This document shows, piece after piece, positions 41,449-53,534 of a stretch of DNA of 64,000 nucleotides. Position numbers and translations under genes: made by a program. Location: assembly GCF_009914755.1 (NCBI RefSeq), contig NC_060932.1. One strand, written 5' to 3'. Source of the DNA: the human T2T-CHM13v2.0 reference genome, Homo sapiens. The notes beneath the pieces are model-generated. The model was not told where the DNA came from. It ran no database searches and saw only the letters and a list, made by a program, of their open reading frames with translations. Positions within the stretch are counted from its first letter, which is position 1. Each line of letters starts with the position of its first letter.

Positions 41449-43024
41449 GAGTAGCAACTTTCTGGAAATACTGTCAATAGTAATACTTAGGATAACAACA
41501 CGATGTCAAGTTTAAAAATAATTAATTAAATTCCTTTCCTTTTCTCCCCCCTCCATTTTTGTGCGTTTGTATATCTATGCTATAGCAATGAAAATGTTTC
41601 CAGGCAGAAATGAATGCAGACATTGAAGTAAAAACATGTGAGCTCATAATTCCTTTTCCATGTTCCATGTTGTAAATCTGCAGTGAAGAATAAATAGAAA
41701 CTATTTTCACTTCAGTGTTTAAAATAATACAGGATTTAATGGGAATATTCTAATTGCATGATCTTCATTTATCTTCACAGACAATTCCCTCTGCACGTTG
41801 ACTTTGTACCGTTATATCTGTCGAACTAGCTAGTCACCAGTGGTTTCTAACACCTACTAAATGATTTATTGAAAAATCCTCAAATGGAAATAAAAAACAG
41901 TAAAGAAAATATTGTAGTCTTATGTGGAAAACTCCACTGGAAAAAAGAAGGACGATGAATTTGATTATAGCAATAAATGCACACCATGAATATCATTAAC
42001 CATCACTTATTCTTTCGTCAGTTCTTTTCTTTTCTTTTTTTTTGAAAGACATATAAAGCCATTCTGCTGTCACCAACAGTCATCTTACATTTGTCTTAAA
42101 TGTGCCTTCTCTTATGAAAGACATCAAAGGTCTATGTGATTTTGCATTTAGTATTGCTGCTGTCTCTCTTTCATTTGTTTGTTACTTTTCTGTGCAAGCA
42201 ATTCCAATGAACTTTTACAAACTTGAAAACATTCTTATTTCCTACATATGTGGCTTTTTTTTTACCAGTTTATTTCAAAATCCAAACTAATACCATTACT
42301 TTAAAAATTGAACTATTAATTTACACACCATTTAACTTTCAATTGCATTCTGAACCTAATTTAACTTTAGATTTACCTTTAAGCCATTAAGAAGATAAGA
42401 TTAGTCGAAATACAATTGTAGGCCATATGGTTGTTTCAGGTCTCTCCATTTCTGATGTGGGATTTTATTTTGAATGGGCTTGTTTACTTAGCTCAGTGTG
42501 AAATTAATCGGTTTCTCAAACTACCCTTCTAGCTCTTACATTTTGTTAAACCTTTTTTAGTCTTCCCTTTGACAATCTGTAAGTTGCTTTCTTTTGAATT
42601 CTTTTCAAAATATAGTTAGGTAGTTATGACTCATGTATTATTTTTGTTAGGTACAAACCCACAGTTGACCAACTTTCTCTTTTTGTTGGAGTTTGAGGAT
42701 CCACACCCTGATTTTGGTTGCCTTGGCTGATGTCTTCAGCATGAGCTCTTGTAGATGCTGTTTCCAGATTCATGGATTGCTTAGGGTCACCCACAGATGA
42801 CCTGGAATGATGCAGTGCACACAGACCCCTGTGTCTGCAGTACTCGGTCACACAGCCTGCTGGGGCCTGTTGCAGGGTCTCCATCAACCGTTGCTGCATG
42901 AATGATTGCAGATATCTTTCATGCAAATTCAGATTTTTTTCTTCCCTAAAGATTCCTCTACGTGTATTTCATCATCTTTTCACGTCCAGGCACACCCAAA
43001 CATTCCAGTAACAACAAAAATCAG

Positions 43025-43225
43025 ACAAAATACCTAGGAAAGCTTTCAAAATAAATCTGAGGGTCTCCTATGAAGAAAAGTACAAATCTTTGTTGAAGGA
43101 CATAATAGATGTAAAGGAACAGAACGCAATCAGTTTTGGTCCTTGATCAATGATCTACATGAGAATATTTCCATCTTCTCACATTGCAGGTTTGATGCAA
43201 TCCTAATTACAACCTCTGTGGGATT
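43025..43225 (+). mobile_element. Very old L1 ORF2 fragment
   Basis: AAAATACCTAGGAA...TATGAAGAAAAGTACAAA..TTGTTGAAGGACATAA...GATGCAATCCTAAT resembles the KYLG...EENYK region. Confidence 0.5.
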
Positions 43226-44582
43226 AGCGGGCCGGACTGAGAGAGGCTCTGGGAATGTTACTGTCACATTCATCAGGCATTATCCTCAGGCAGATTACCC
43301 GTGCGTGGTATCCTTGTTAATTGTAGCTTTTCTTGCCACCGGACTTGTACTTTCTTCTCTTCCTCAGTGAGGAGTCAAACCACAGTAGTCACTTTCCTGA
43401 GTGAAAAATCATTTCCAAGGTGTTTGACACAAAGAGATCCTGAGGACATTTGCTGTCGTCTTTGTTTGAGTACTCCAGACTCAGGGAGCTGGGCTTGCGC
43501 TGCGGGAGGTAAAGCTGGGGCCACACCCCCACCCCTGCCAGCCAGGACAGTTCCTAGACCCTTCCCCTGAGCTAGGTTTTCCAGTCGCATGGAGCACTTT
43601 CTCAGATATTCCACGCTACTGATTTATCTCGCTTATTTTCTACCTCTTCTACACAAATGGATGCCCAATTGTGGTAGGATTCTTTTTCTTTCTTTCTTTC
43701 TTTTTTTTCTGTTGATTCACTACAGTATCTGTAGTGCCTGAAACAATCCATGATATACTCTGTGGCTGCTGTTGAATGTTGAGTAGATGGCTTTGATTTT
43801 GCTTTTGCTCAGCTGATGTTAACAGTCCTTTTCCCCTGCTGCTGCTGTCTTGTCAGTCAGCTCCCTGTGCGTCTTCCTAATCTATTCACAGTTACAATTA
43901 CTTAAAACATTATTTTTAAATTGCAGGTTTTATAAAGCTATCATGTCTGATCTCTTCATTGCAGTACATTGTTCTTGACAAAATTGAAAACAAGCAAAAA
44001 ATCATATCTTATTTATGATTTACAATTTATCTGTTTTCTCCAGACAGTTGATAATTGTCACTACCACTTATAAACTTGTATCCAGTACCTTCCTTTCAAA
44101 GCTAGATGCTAGGGTGACAGAAAAGGTTTATAAAGGAAAATGTATATAAATTAAGTATCCAAGAACAGAAAAAGGGAAATGAAGTTTGGGCTACTTATAG
44201 GAGTGAAAATAAACTCTGTGATGTGCCAGCACCAGCACAGGCTCTTGTAGTTTCCTCCCAACTTTGGGCTCAGTGGTATCATGTTGGTGGCCAGTTTAGG
44301 AGTATTTATATCACAAAATCCACAAGTGCTGCAAATCAAGGCTTTTCTATTCTAGAATGCTGGTTGATAAATAATAGCCTCAACATTTACCAGAACACTA
44401 TAAAACAATTCAGTGATCATAAAGTTATTATCCACAGAATATTTACTGGCATGGAAAAATGTTCACAATAAAAATTGGTGTTTAAAATTGTTTATTGCAA
44501 AAAATTGTGTAATGAAATCATCTTGAAAATACTTGCATTACTAAGATATAAATGGTTCTCTCTGGGCAGTGAGATTGGGAGG

Positions 44583-44584
<2 letters not shown>

Positions 44585-44616
<32 letters not shown>
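44585..44616. repeat. Poly-T (32 nt)
   Basis: Pure T run within probable L1ME-like sequence. Confidence 0.95.
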
Positions 44617-44619
<3 letters not shown>

Positions 44620-45682
44620 TTCTCTCCAGCAGCTTGACAATACAGCTTCACAAGAAGATACCTTTTCCTTTTAAAACCCCCACTGTGTTCTCCTTCCTCC
44701 TGACTTCTCCCCAGGGTACCCATGTTGAATCCCTGGTGTGGATCCCATGCTTCATTCCTGCCCTGCTACTTGCTCTGCTCTCAGCTTGCTGCACAATCCC
44801 CCACCCTTCCTGCTGGGTTCACTAAGGGCTCTCTAGGCAAAGCTTGCCCAAGCTGCTCTCCTCCTGCAGGTCTGTGCTAAGGCCATCGGACTCCCCTGGG
44901 GCTGGTTCTGCATCTGCAGCCTGTGGGTGCTTCTGTGAGCGCAAGTCAGGCTGTGCAGCAGGTGGTCTGTTCTTGTCAGTTTCTTGTCTTCTGACCGTTT
45001 GTGGGGCTGTATTGGCAGTAAAACACCCACGACACAGAGAACATTCAATGTATGTTTGGTAAAGTAGTAAAGAATGGATGCATGTGATACTAAAAATATA
45101 ATCATTACAATAGTTAATAAGGTATTTTAATGCAAATCAATCTTTTTATAATATTTTGAGAAGAAGAACATGTTCACTGGGGAATATTAAAAACAGATCT
45201 TAGCTCAGACGTGTTATTCAAATATTGAGGAAAAAATAAACATTATGTGAGTTCTTTCCGTCTTTTTGAAAATCGAGATTAAAAAAATTGTTCATTATTG
45301 TGGCTCCCATAATTTAAAAAAATAGCTTTTCTTTTGTTATTTTAACTTTTAAAAAACGTTTTGGAAAATGTAGTGAAAACGTATCATCCACTAAAAACTA
45401 AAAGCATTTTGTTTATTCTTGTGAACAGATGCAATCATAAATTCAATCTGATTTTTTTTCCTCTTAGAAATAAAACCATTAAATCAGATGACATAAATAC
45501 CCATGCACCTGTGAATTACTGGTCAGGCCAAATGACTAGTTTCAGCATCCAAATTCCATAAAAGCAAGCTGAATAGGGCTTCTGTGTTAGAGATTTGAAA
45601 TTGAAATGAAAAATCAAAGCAAAAACAAAAACAAAAAGAAATGATTTCAATTCCATTCTGCAAAGCAAAATTGAGTTTCCTG

Positions 45683-46180
45683 GTCAGGTTCTCTATTGCT
45701 GCATAACACAGTACCCACGAAAGTGAGTGGTTTAAAACAGCCATCATTTTATTTTATCCAATCAATGTGTGGGTTAAGAACTCAGGCAAGGCATTCTCAG
45801 TCAGGTTTCTACCCCATGGGTTGCCATTCTTGGTCAAAATGTGTCCAGTTAGTATTCTCACTTGCAAGGTGCCCTGTTGGGGACGGCTGGAGGCTGAGCC
45901 CTTCTCGTCTCCTTCTTCATGGAGGGTCGGACTTGCCACAGTCATTTAGCTGCATGGTTGTTATTCTTACCTGGAAAGTTAGGGCTCCAAAGGAGAGTGT
46001 TCCAGGAGGCAGAAAGTGGAAACTATCCGTGTTCTAAGGCCTGGACCCATAAGCAGGTACAATCTATTTACTCTGCACTCTGTTGGCCAAGGTGGTCACA
46101 GAGATTGGTCAGATTCAAGTGGAGATCCCAACTCCTAAGGGAAGAATACAAAAGAATCTGTGGACCTCATTAGTCCATCA
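45683..46180 (-). mobile_element. Old MaLR LTR (MLT1 family)
   Basis: TCTATTGCTGCATAACACAGTACCC...GTGGTTTAAAACA and AGAGTGTTCCAGGAGGCAGAAAGTGGAA. Confidence 0.7.
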
Positions 46181-46194
46181 CATATACATGAACT

Positions 46195-46390
46195 TATTTT
46201 TCCTGTTTTTGAGACAGAGTCTTGCTCTGTCACCCAGGTCGGAGTTCAGTGGCATGATCATAGCTCACTGCTGCCTTGAAAGCCTAGGCTCAAGCTATTC
46301 TCTTGCTTCAACCTCCTAAAGTAGCTAAGACTAAGTCTTTTTAATTTTGTTCAGAGATGGGGTCTTGTTATTTTTCCCAGACTCACAAAC
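46195..46390 (-). mobile_element. AluJ fragment
   Basis: GAGACAGAGTCTTGCTCTGTCACCCAGG...GATCATAGCTCACTGC. Confidence 0.85.
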
Positions 46391-46415
46391 TTGTTCTAAG
46401 ATATAACAAGATTAA

Positions 46416-46478
46416 ATATATATATGCATATATATGTGTGTGTGTGTATTATATACGTATACATATACATATACATAT
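46416..46478. repeat. Compound (TA)/(TG)/(TATACA) microsatellite
   Basis: Seen directly; abuts the tail of the adjacent Alu. Confidence 0.85.
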
Positions 46479-46770
46479 TTATTTATTTTTGAGTGGAATT
46501 TTGCTTTTTTTGCCCAGGCTGGAGTGCAATGGCGCAATCTTGGCTCACTGAAACCTCCACTTCCCAGGTTCAAGAGATTCTCCTGCCTCGGCCTCACGAG
46601 TAGCTGGGATTATAGGCTCACACCACCATGCCCAGCTAATTTTGTATTTTTAGTAGAGACAGGGTTTCACCATGTTGGCCAGGCTGATCTCAAATTCCTG
46701 ACCTCAGATGATCCGCCTGCCTCGGCCTCCCAAAGTGCTGGGGTTACAGGCATGAGCCACCACTCCCAGC
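46479..46770 (-). mobile_element. AluS
   Basis: Antisense dimer CCAGGCTGGAGTGCAATGGCG...GCCTCCCAAAGTGCTGGG. Confidence 0.94.
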
Positions 46771-47099
46771 TTAAAATATGTATATTTTGATAGAGAACAT
46801 ACTAGTACTAAAAAAAAAAAAAAACCTAAGATTAATTATGCAACAATAAAAAGTTTCAGTTGATACATTTTTGCCATCCAATAGAGATAAGCATCAGGAA
46901 TAAAATATAAAAATGTTAAGAGCTGATTCATATTTTGTTCTTTTCCATTAAAGAATACTATTTTCTTGCTATTATATTGTTCCTAGAAATTTAAATTATC
47001 AAAATACAGCAAAATGAACCCCCCAGTGTGATTGGTACCAACTCATTCTTGAATGCATTTTTGAAAGTCAAATATCAGAAAATTAAATAGCAGATTACA

Positions 47100-47330
47100 A
47101 TTTAGTATTATGGCTAAGACCTTGAGCTTTTAATTCAGACAGACATGGATCTATTTGCCTTGGACAAGTAATATGTTTCTTGGACAAGTAATATATGAAG
47201 TATGATGGTTCACTGTGATAGCTAGAGGAAAAATAGTAACTGCTATAGAGAGTTGTTTATTATTAAATGAGAATACATATGAATGACTTAACATAGTGCT
47301 GAGACATATAGGTATCCAATAAGTAATATT
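47100..47330 (+). mobile_element. MIR
   Basis: TCAGACAGACATGGAT, CCTTGGACAAGT, TATTAAATGAGA and ACATAGTGCT. Confidence 0.65.
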
Positions 47331-49683
47331 ATTTTTATGAGTGATACAGAGTGGTTCTATTCCATTTTACACGTTATAAAATTGAATATGAGTTATTCTT
47401 TAGGAGGAAGACACTAAATAAACATTAAAAAATTCTAAATTATGGCTTATACAGTTAATACTTGCCTGAGCTCAGGCGTTTTAACCAGAAACATAATAAT
47501 AGAAATCCAAGCATCTTCCCTTTCATGAGTTAACTGCCTACATTAGTTTTGTAGAGCTGCTGTAACAAAGTAAATATAATACTTTATTGTTAATAAAGTT
47601 AATTCAGTGAGAAACATCATACTTTTATCTTGAAGTACTTGAAGATGATGTACACTCTTAGAAGAGTTATGTGGGAGGAAATCTGATCATCTCTAAAACT
47701 AAAATAGCAAAGCTAACATTAATACAGGCATACCTCAGGGATATCATGGGTTCAGTTCTAGACCACAGCAATAAGGTGAATATTGTAATAAAGTGAATCA
47801 CACAAATATTTTAGTTTCCTAGTGCATATTCCGGTTTAACTGCAGTGTACTAAGTGTACAATAAAATTATGTCTAAAAACAATGTACATAATTTAAAATT
47901 ATTTATAACTAAAAAATGCTCACAGTCATTTGAGCCTTCAGTGAGTTATAACATTTATACCAGTGGAGGGTCAGGCCTCCATATTGATGGCTGCTGACTA
48001 GTCAGGATGGTGGTTCCTAAAGGCTGGGGTGGGTGGGGCAATTTTCTAAAATGAGACAACACTGAAGCTTGCTGCATCAGTTGATTGTTCCTTTCATGAA
48101 AGATTACTCTGTAGCATGCAATTCTGTTTGATGGCACTTTACCATCAGCAGAACTTTTAAAGTTGGAAACACCCTCTCAAACCCTGTCACTAATTATCAA
48201 ACAAGTTGATACAATATTCTAAACCACTTGTTGTCATTTTAACCATGTTCTATTCACCAGGAATAGATTCCATCTTGAGAAACCACACTTTTTTGCTCAT
48301 CCATAAGAAGCAAATCCTCATACATTCAAGTTTTATCATGAGCTCAATAATTCAGCAATTCATACATCTTCATGCTCTACTTCTAATTCTAGTTCTCTTG
48401 TTATTTCCATCACATTTACACTTACTTCCTCCATTGAAGTCTTTAACCCCTCAAAGTCATCATGAGGCTTGGAATCTACTTCTTCCAAACTCCTGACATT
48501 GTTGAAATTTTGACCTCCTCTCATGAGTTCTGAATGTTATTAATGACATTTGGAATGATGCATTTTTCCAGGTTTTCAATTTACTTTGCCAAAATCCAGC
48601 AGAAGAATCACTATAGCCTTAGAAATTGTATTTTGGAAATTATAATACCAGCAACTCAAAATTACTCTTTGATCCATGAGCTGAGAAATGGATGTTGTGT
48701 TAACAGGTATGGAAAAAACATTAATCTCCTTGTATGTCTGCCTCACAGCTCTTGGGTATTCACGTGCATTATCAATAGCAGTCTGCTTTTGAAAGAAATT
48801 TTTTGAAAGAGATTTTTTAATTTTAATTTTTTTCTGAGAAGCAGGTCTTAACAGTGGGCTTAAAATATTTAGTGGACCATACTGTCAACTGATATGGTGT
48901 TGTCCGGCTTTGTTGTTCCATTTCTAGAGCACAAGCATACTAGATTTCGCATCCTTCTTAAGGGCCCTAGGATTTTCAGAATGGTAAGTGAACGTTAGCT
49001 TCAACTTAAAGTCATTAGCTGAATGAGCCCCTAACAATAGAGTCAGTTAGAGACTACTCATCTCTAGTTATGAAAGTCCTAGATGACTTCTTCTTCCAAT
49101 ATAAGGCTGTTTTGTCTACATCAAAAATCTGTTGTTTAGTGTAACCACCTTCATCACTTACCTTAGCTAGATCTTCTAGATAACTTGTTACTTTTTCTCC
49201 ATCAGTACTTTTATGTTATGATGATGACTTCTTTTCTTAAACCTCATGAATCAGCACCTGCTAGCTTCAAATTTTCTTCTGTAGCTTCCTCACCTCACTC
49301 AGCCTTCATAGAATTGAGAGTTATGGCCTTGCTGTGGATTAGGCATTGGTTTAAGAAGAGTTGTGGCTGGTTTGATCTTCTAACTATCTAGATCACTAAA
49401 ACTTTCTTCATATCAGCAACTGTAGAGTTACTAACTTACCTAATTTCAATATTGTTGTGGCTTTGGATCAGGGAGGTCCGAGTAGAGTGAGAGAGATAGA
49501 GAAACAGCTAGTTGTTGGAACAGTCAAAACATACACATTTATCAATTAAGTTTGAAGTTGTATATGGTCGTGATTTGTGCCACCCCAAAATAATTATTAT
49601 AGTAACATTAAAGATAACTGGTAACAGATCACCACAACATAATAATAATGAAAAAGTTAATATTGCTAGAATTACCAAAATAC

Positions 49684-51011
49684 TGAGAGGTGACCGTGCT
49701 GGCAGCCCTTGCTCACTCTCAGTGCCTCCTTGGCCTAGGTGCCCACTCTGGCCGCACTTGAGGAGCCCTTCAGCCCACTGCTGCACTGTGGGAGCCACTC
49801 TCTGGGCTGGCCAAAGCCAGAGCCAACTCCCTCTGCTTGCGAGGGAGTGGGGAAGGACAGGTACCTGAGGGAACCGGGGCTGTGCCCCGGCCGCACTCGC
49901 GGCGCACGCGAGTTCGGGGTGGGCATCCTCTCCACAGACCCCACACTTGGAGCGGCCTGCCGGCGCCACTGGCCCCAGGCAGTGAGGGGCTTAGCACCTA
50001 GGCCAGCAGCTGCAGAGGGTACACTGGGTCCCCCAGCACTGCCGGCCGCCCACACTGCCCCCATATTTTCACCAGGCCTCAGCCGCCTCCCTGAAAAGTA
50101 GGACTCAGGGCCTGCAGCCTGCCATGCCCGAGCCTCTCCGCCTCCCCCCTGTGGGCTCCTGGGCAGCCGGAGCCTCCCCAATGGGAGCTGTCCCCTGCTC
50201 TGTGGTGCCCAGTCCCATCGACCGCCCAGGGGCTGAGCAGTGCAGGCCTGCCCGTGGGACTGACTGACTGGCGGCCCCTGGGTGGGATCCACTAGGCAAA
50301 GCCAGCAAGGCTCCTGAGTCGGGAGGAGACTTGGAGAACTTTTATGTCTGGCTGGAGGATTGTATATGCACCAATCAGCACTCTGTGTCTAGCTCTGGGT
50401 TCATGTATGCACCAATCAGCACTCTGTGTCTAGCTAATCTGGTGGGGACTTGGAGAACTTTTGTGTCTAACTCAGGGATTGTAAACGCATTAATCAGCAC
50501 CCCGTCAAAACGGACCAATCAGCTTTCTGTAAAATGGACCAATCAGCAGGATGTGGGTGGGGCCAGATAAGGGAATAAAAGCAGGCTGCCAGAGCCAGCA
50601 GTGGCAACACGTTGGGGCCTGCTTCCTACGCTGTGGAGCTTTGTTCTTTCAGTAAATCTTGCTGCTGCTCACTCTTTGGGTCCGTACTGCCTTTATGAGC
50701 TGTAACACTCACTGGGAAGGTCTGCAGCTTTTCTCCTGAGGCCAGCAAGACCACGAACCCCCTGGGAGGAATGAACAACTCCAGACGCGCCGCCTTAAGA
50801 GCTATAACACTCAACACGAAGGTCTGCAACTTCATTCTTGAAGCCAGCGAGACCAGGAACCCACCAGAAGGAAGAAACTCCGAACACGTCAGAACATCAG
50901 AAGGAACAAACTCCGGACATGCCACCTTTAAGAACTGTAACACTCACCACAAGGGTCTGCAGCTTCATTCTTGAAGTCAGTGAGACCAAGAAACCACCCC
51001 TTCCAGACACA
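49684..51011 (+). mobile_element. ERV9 solo LTR, LTR12 family (LTR12D-like)
   Basis: TGAGAGGTGAC..GTGCTGGCAGCCCT start, GC-rich U3, CACCAATCAGCACTCTGTGTCTAGCT repeats, U5 repeats and TTCCAGACACA end. Confidence 0.95.
50365..50610 (+). promoter_or_regulatory. LTR12 promoter: CCAAT (NF-Y) boxes, GATA site and AATAAA TATA-like box
   Basis: CCAAT at 50371, 50412, 50515 and 50539; GATAAG at 50566; AATAAAA at 50574. This matches the known ERV9 promoter layout. Confidence 0.7.
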
Positions 51012-53534
51012 ACATAACAGATCATACAAGGTGCAAATTGACCACAAATCTTCAATTTGTAAAAAATCCAATATCTGTAAAGTGCAATCAAGCGAAGTGT
51101 AGTAAAATGAGGTAAACCTGTGGAAGCTTGATGGATAGAGCCTTAGAAATTTTCCATTAAGCCAAAAGGCTGGCATTGATGTGAGCTTGAGCCAGCAAAT
51201 TCCACATGCTAATTTAGTTGAGGTCAAGCCCTTTTTCTCAGTCATACATCTGGCAAGGATTGTTCTTTAGGTAACATACTGAAAGAAACAAAAACAAAAA
51301 AAAACCTGAATTCTTTTGTGAGTTGGTTTATGAGTATTAATAGTATGTTAGTATACTATTAATGTTTAAGGTTGGACAATGTAGGTTCTATAAAAATGTA
51401 TGAATTCCAATGCAATGAATTGGTCCAGAATAAAATTGTTTCTTTCCAAGAAGAACCATTTTGAGTGGACTATAAAATATGACCACAAAATTATATTACC
51501 TTGATTACTATTAAAATGAAAAACTGCTTAGGATAAGTACAAATCAAGAGATAGAAGCTAATATATATTTAGGCCTAAATATTCCGTCGTAAAAATATGA
51601 AAATTCTCAGGTGTCTAAATAGGTATTTCAGATCTTTCTCTTGGTTTTTATCTTATATATGTAGGCACCTTATTTTTCTATGTAAATTATAGTAATTAAG
51701 CTTTCATATACTCCTAAGGTACAAAATGTTGAGTTCCTTGGAAAAAAATAACTTTGCAATAATCATTATAAATTATACCACTGCATTATTTATAATGTAT
51801 ACCGTATTTAGAAGTTTAAATGAGTGGTAACTCAGGAGATATCCAGAACTTTATTTTAGTGTGTTTTTAAAAAACATTTAAGTAGATTTAAGTTAAAATT
51901 ATGACTAGCCAAAGCCAATCTAAATGGGTAAAATACAAAACAGGAAGTATAGTTGTCAGTGACACAAACTTTTCAATTTCAGTACAATGGATACTATTTT
52001 TCAAAGTGCAAAGAAACATCAAAATTAGGTGACTGTCTTTTCTGCCTCTGGCTTAACGTTCTATATTTACTCCTGGATGTTTGGTTTGGTGGCTTTTGTA
52101 GATTGACAGACTGCAAATGCACAACACAACATCCAACTGCATATTTTGGCTACAAAGTAGTTAGATACAGAAATGATGAATTCGATATTCAATTTGGCAG
52201 TTTTGTGTAGAATTATTCTTACATTTTTTCTTTATTCCTCCCAAATCTGGTTGGCAGATATTTTGACTATCATGAAGGGCAGGATAACTAAAGAAACATT
52301 TTCTGGCACATATCTGGCATGTAGATCATTTTACCCCTTCATAATTTTCTAGTATTATTATACAGGATATTACTAAGAGCTAAATACTTTATCTTCTTCA
52401 GAGCAATAATTTTTTCTGTTTTTCTCTTTGAGGATAACACTGAATTCAAATCAGTTTAGTTTTCTGACACATAATCACTCATATTATGGTTATTAAGCAT
52501 TATTTAATAGAACATTCTGAGATATATATAGTCAATATTTGTCTAATTTGTGCATTTTAAAAGCTTTAAGCTATAATTTGTGTAAGATAAAATTCACCCA
52601 TTGCAACAGATAAGTTGTAATTTTTTAGCAATTTATACTATTGTCCAACCATCATCAACCATCATTAGAACTAAATTTTAGATCACTTCCATCATCCTAA
52701 AGTGCTTGCTTGTACCCCTTTGGAGACAATTACTGCTTCCAACACCAGTTATTTTGGTGTGTGTCCAAGAATCTTTGCCTAAATGAATATCATAAAGACT
52801 TTCTTGTGTGTGTAAGCACATGTATGCATGTGTGTCTGTGTGTGTATGCATATGTTTTAAAGTTTTATAGTTCCAACTCTTACCTTTAGGTCTTTGATTA
52901 AATTGAGTTGGTATTTTTATGGTGTGAAATAATGGCCTAAATGTGTGATGTGTGTATTTATGTATGTGTGTGTGTGCATTTGTAATTACATCTATATGTA
53001 CATATATGGATATAGATATAGTATCCAATTAAGGGACTTTCCCAATTTAATTGTCATGTCATGTTTGTTGAAAATCACCTAAAAATAAATGTGAAACCTT
53101 ACTGCTGAACTACCAGTTCAGTTCCATTGGTTTATATGTTGTCTTTAGAGAATACAACACTATCTTGATTTCTGTAAGATAATAAGTTTCAACACTGTAT
53201 AAGGTACATCTTCCACCTTTTCTTTTCATTTCAAAATTATTTTGGCAATTCTAGTTCCTTTGCATTTACACTTTATGTTCAGTTTGTCAATTTCTACGAT
53301 AAATGACAGTTAGGCTTTTATAGAGATTCCATTGAATCTATATATACATTTGCAGAGAATTGCCTTCTTCCCGGCATTCCATGACCATGGAATATTTCTG
53401 TATTTCTTTTGATCTTCTGTACTCCTTCTTAGCAATGTTTGGTACATTTCAGTATATAAGTTTGCATCCATTTTGTTAATTTTATTCTTAGATACATTAT
53501 AATTTTGTTTGCTGTTGTGAATGAGATTTTTTTC

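Larger units (their letters stand above)
47725..51120 (-). mobile_element. Tigger1 DNA transposon, near full length, interrupted by LTR12
   Basis: Terminal inverted repeats CAGGCATACCTC (after TA) and GAGGTAAACCTG; about 2.1 kb of Tigger1-like internal sequence excluding the LTR; transposase frame disrupted. Confidence 0.9.

Noticed and set aside
50365-50990. Regularly spaced repeats resembling a CRISPR-like array
   Set aside because: These are the known U3 and U5 internal repeats of ERV9 LTR12 in a primate genome; there are no unique spacers or cas genes.
49508-51245. Cluster of long overlapping ORFs (up to 185 aa)
   Set aside because: All lie in or overlap the GC-rich LTR12, where stop codons are scarce; no recognisable domain.
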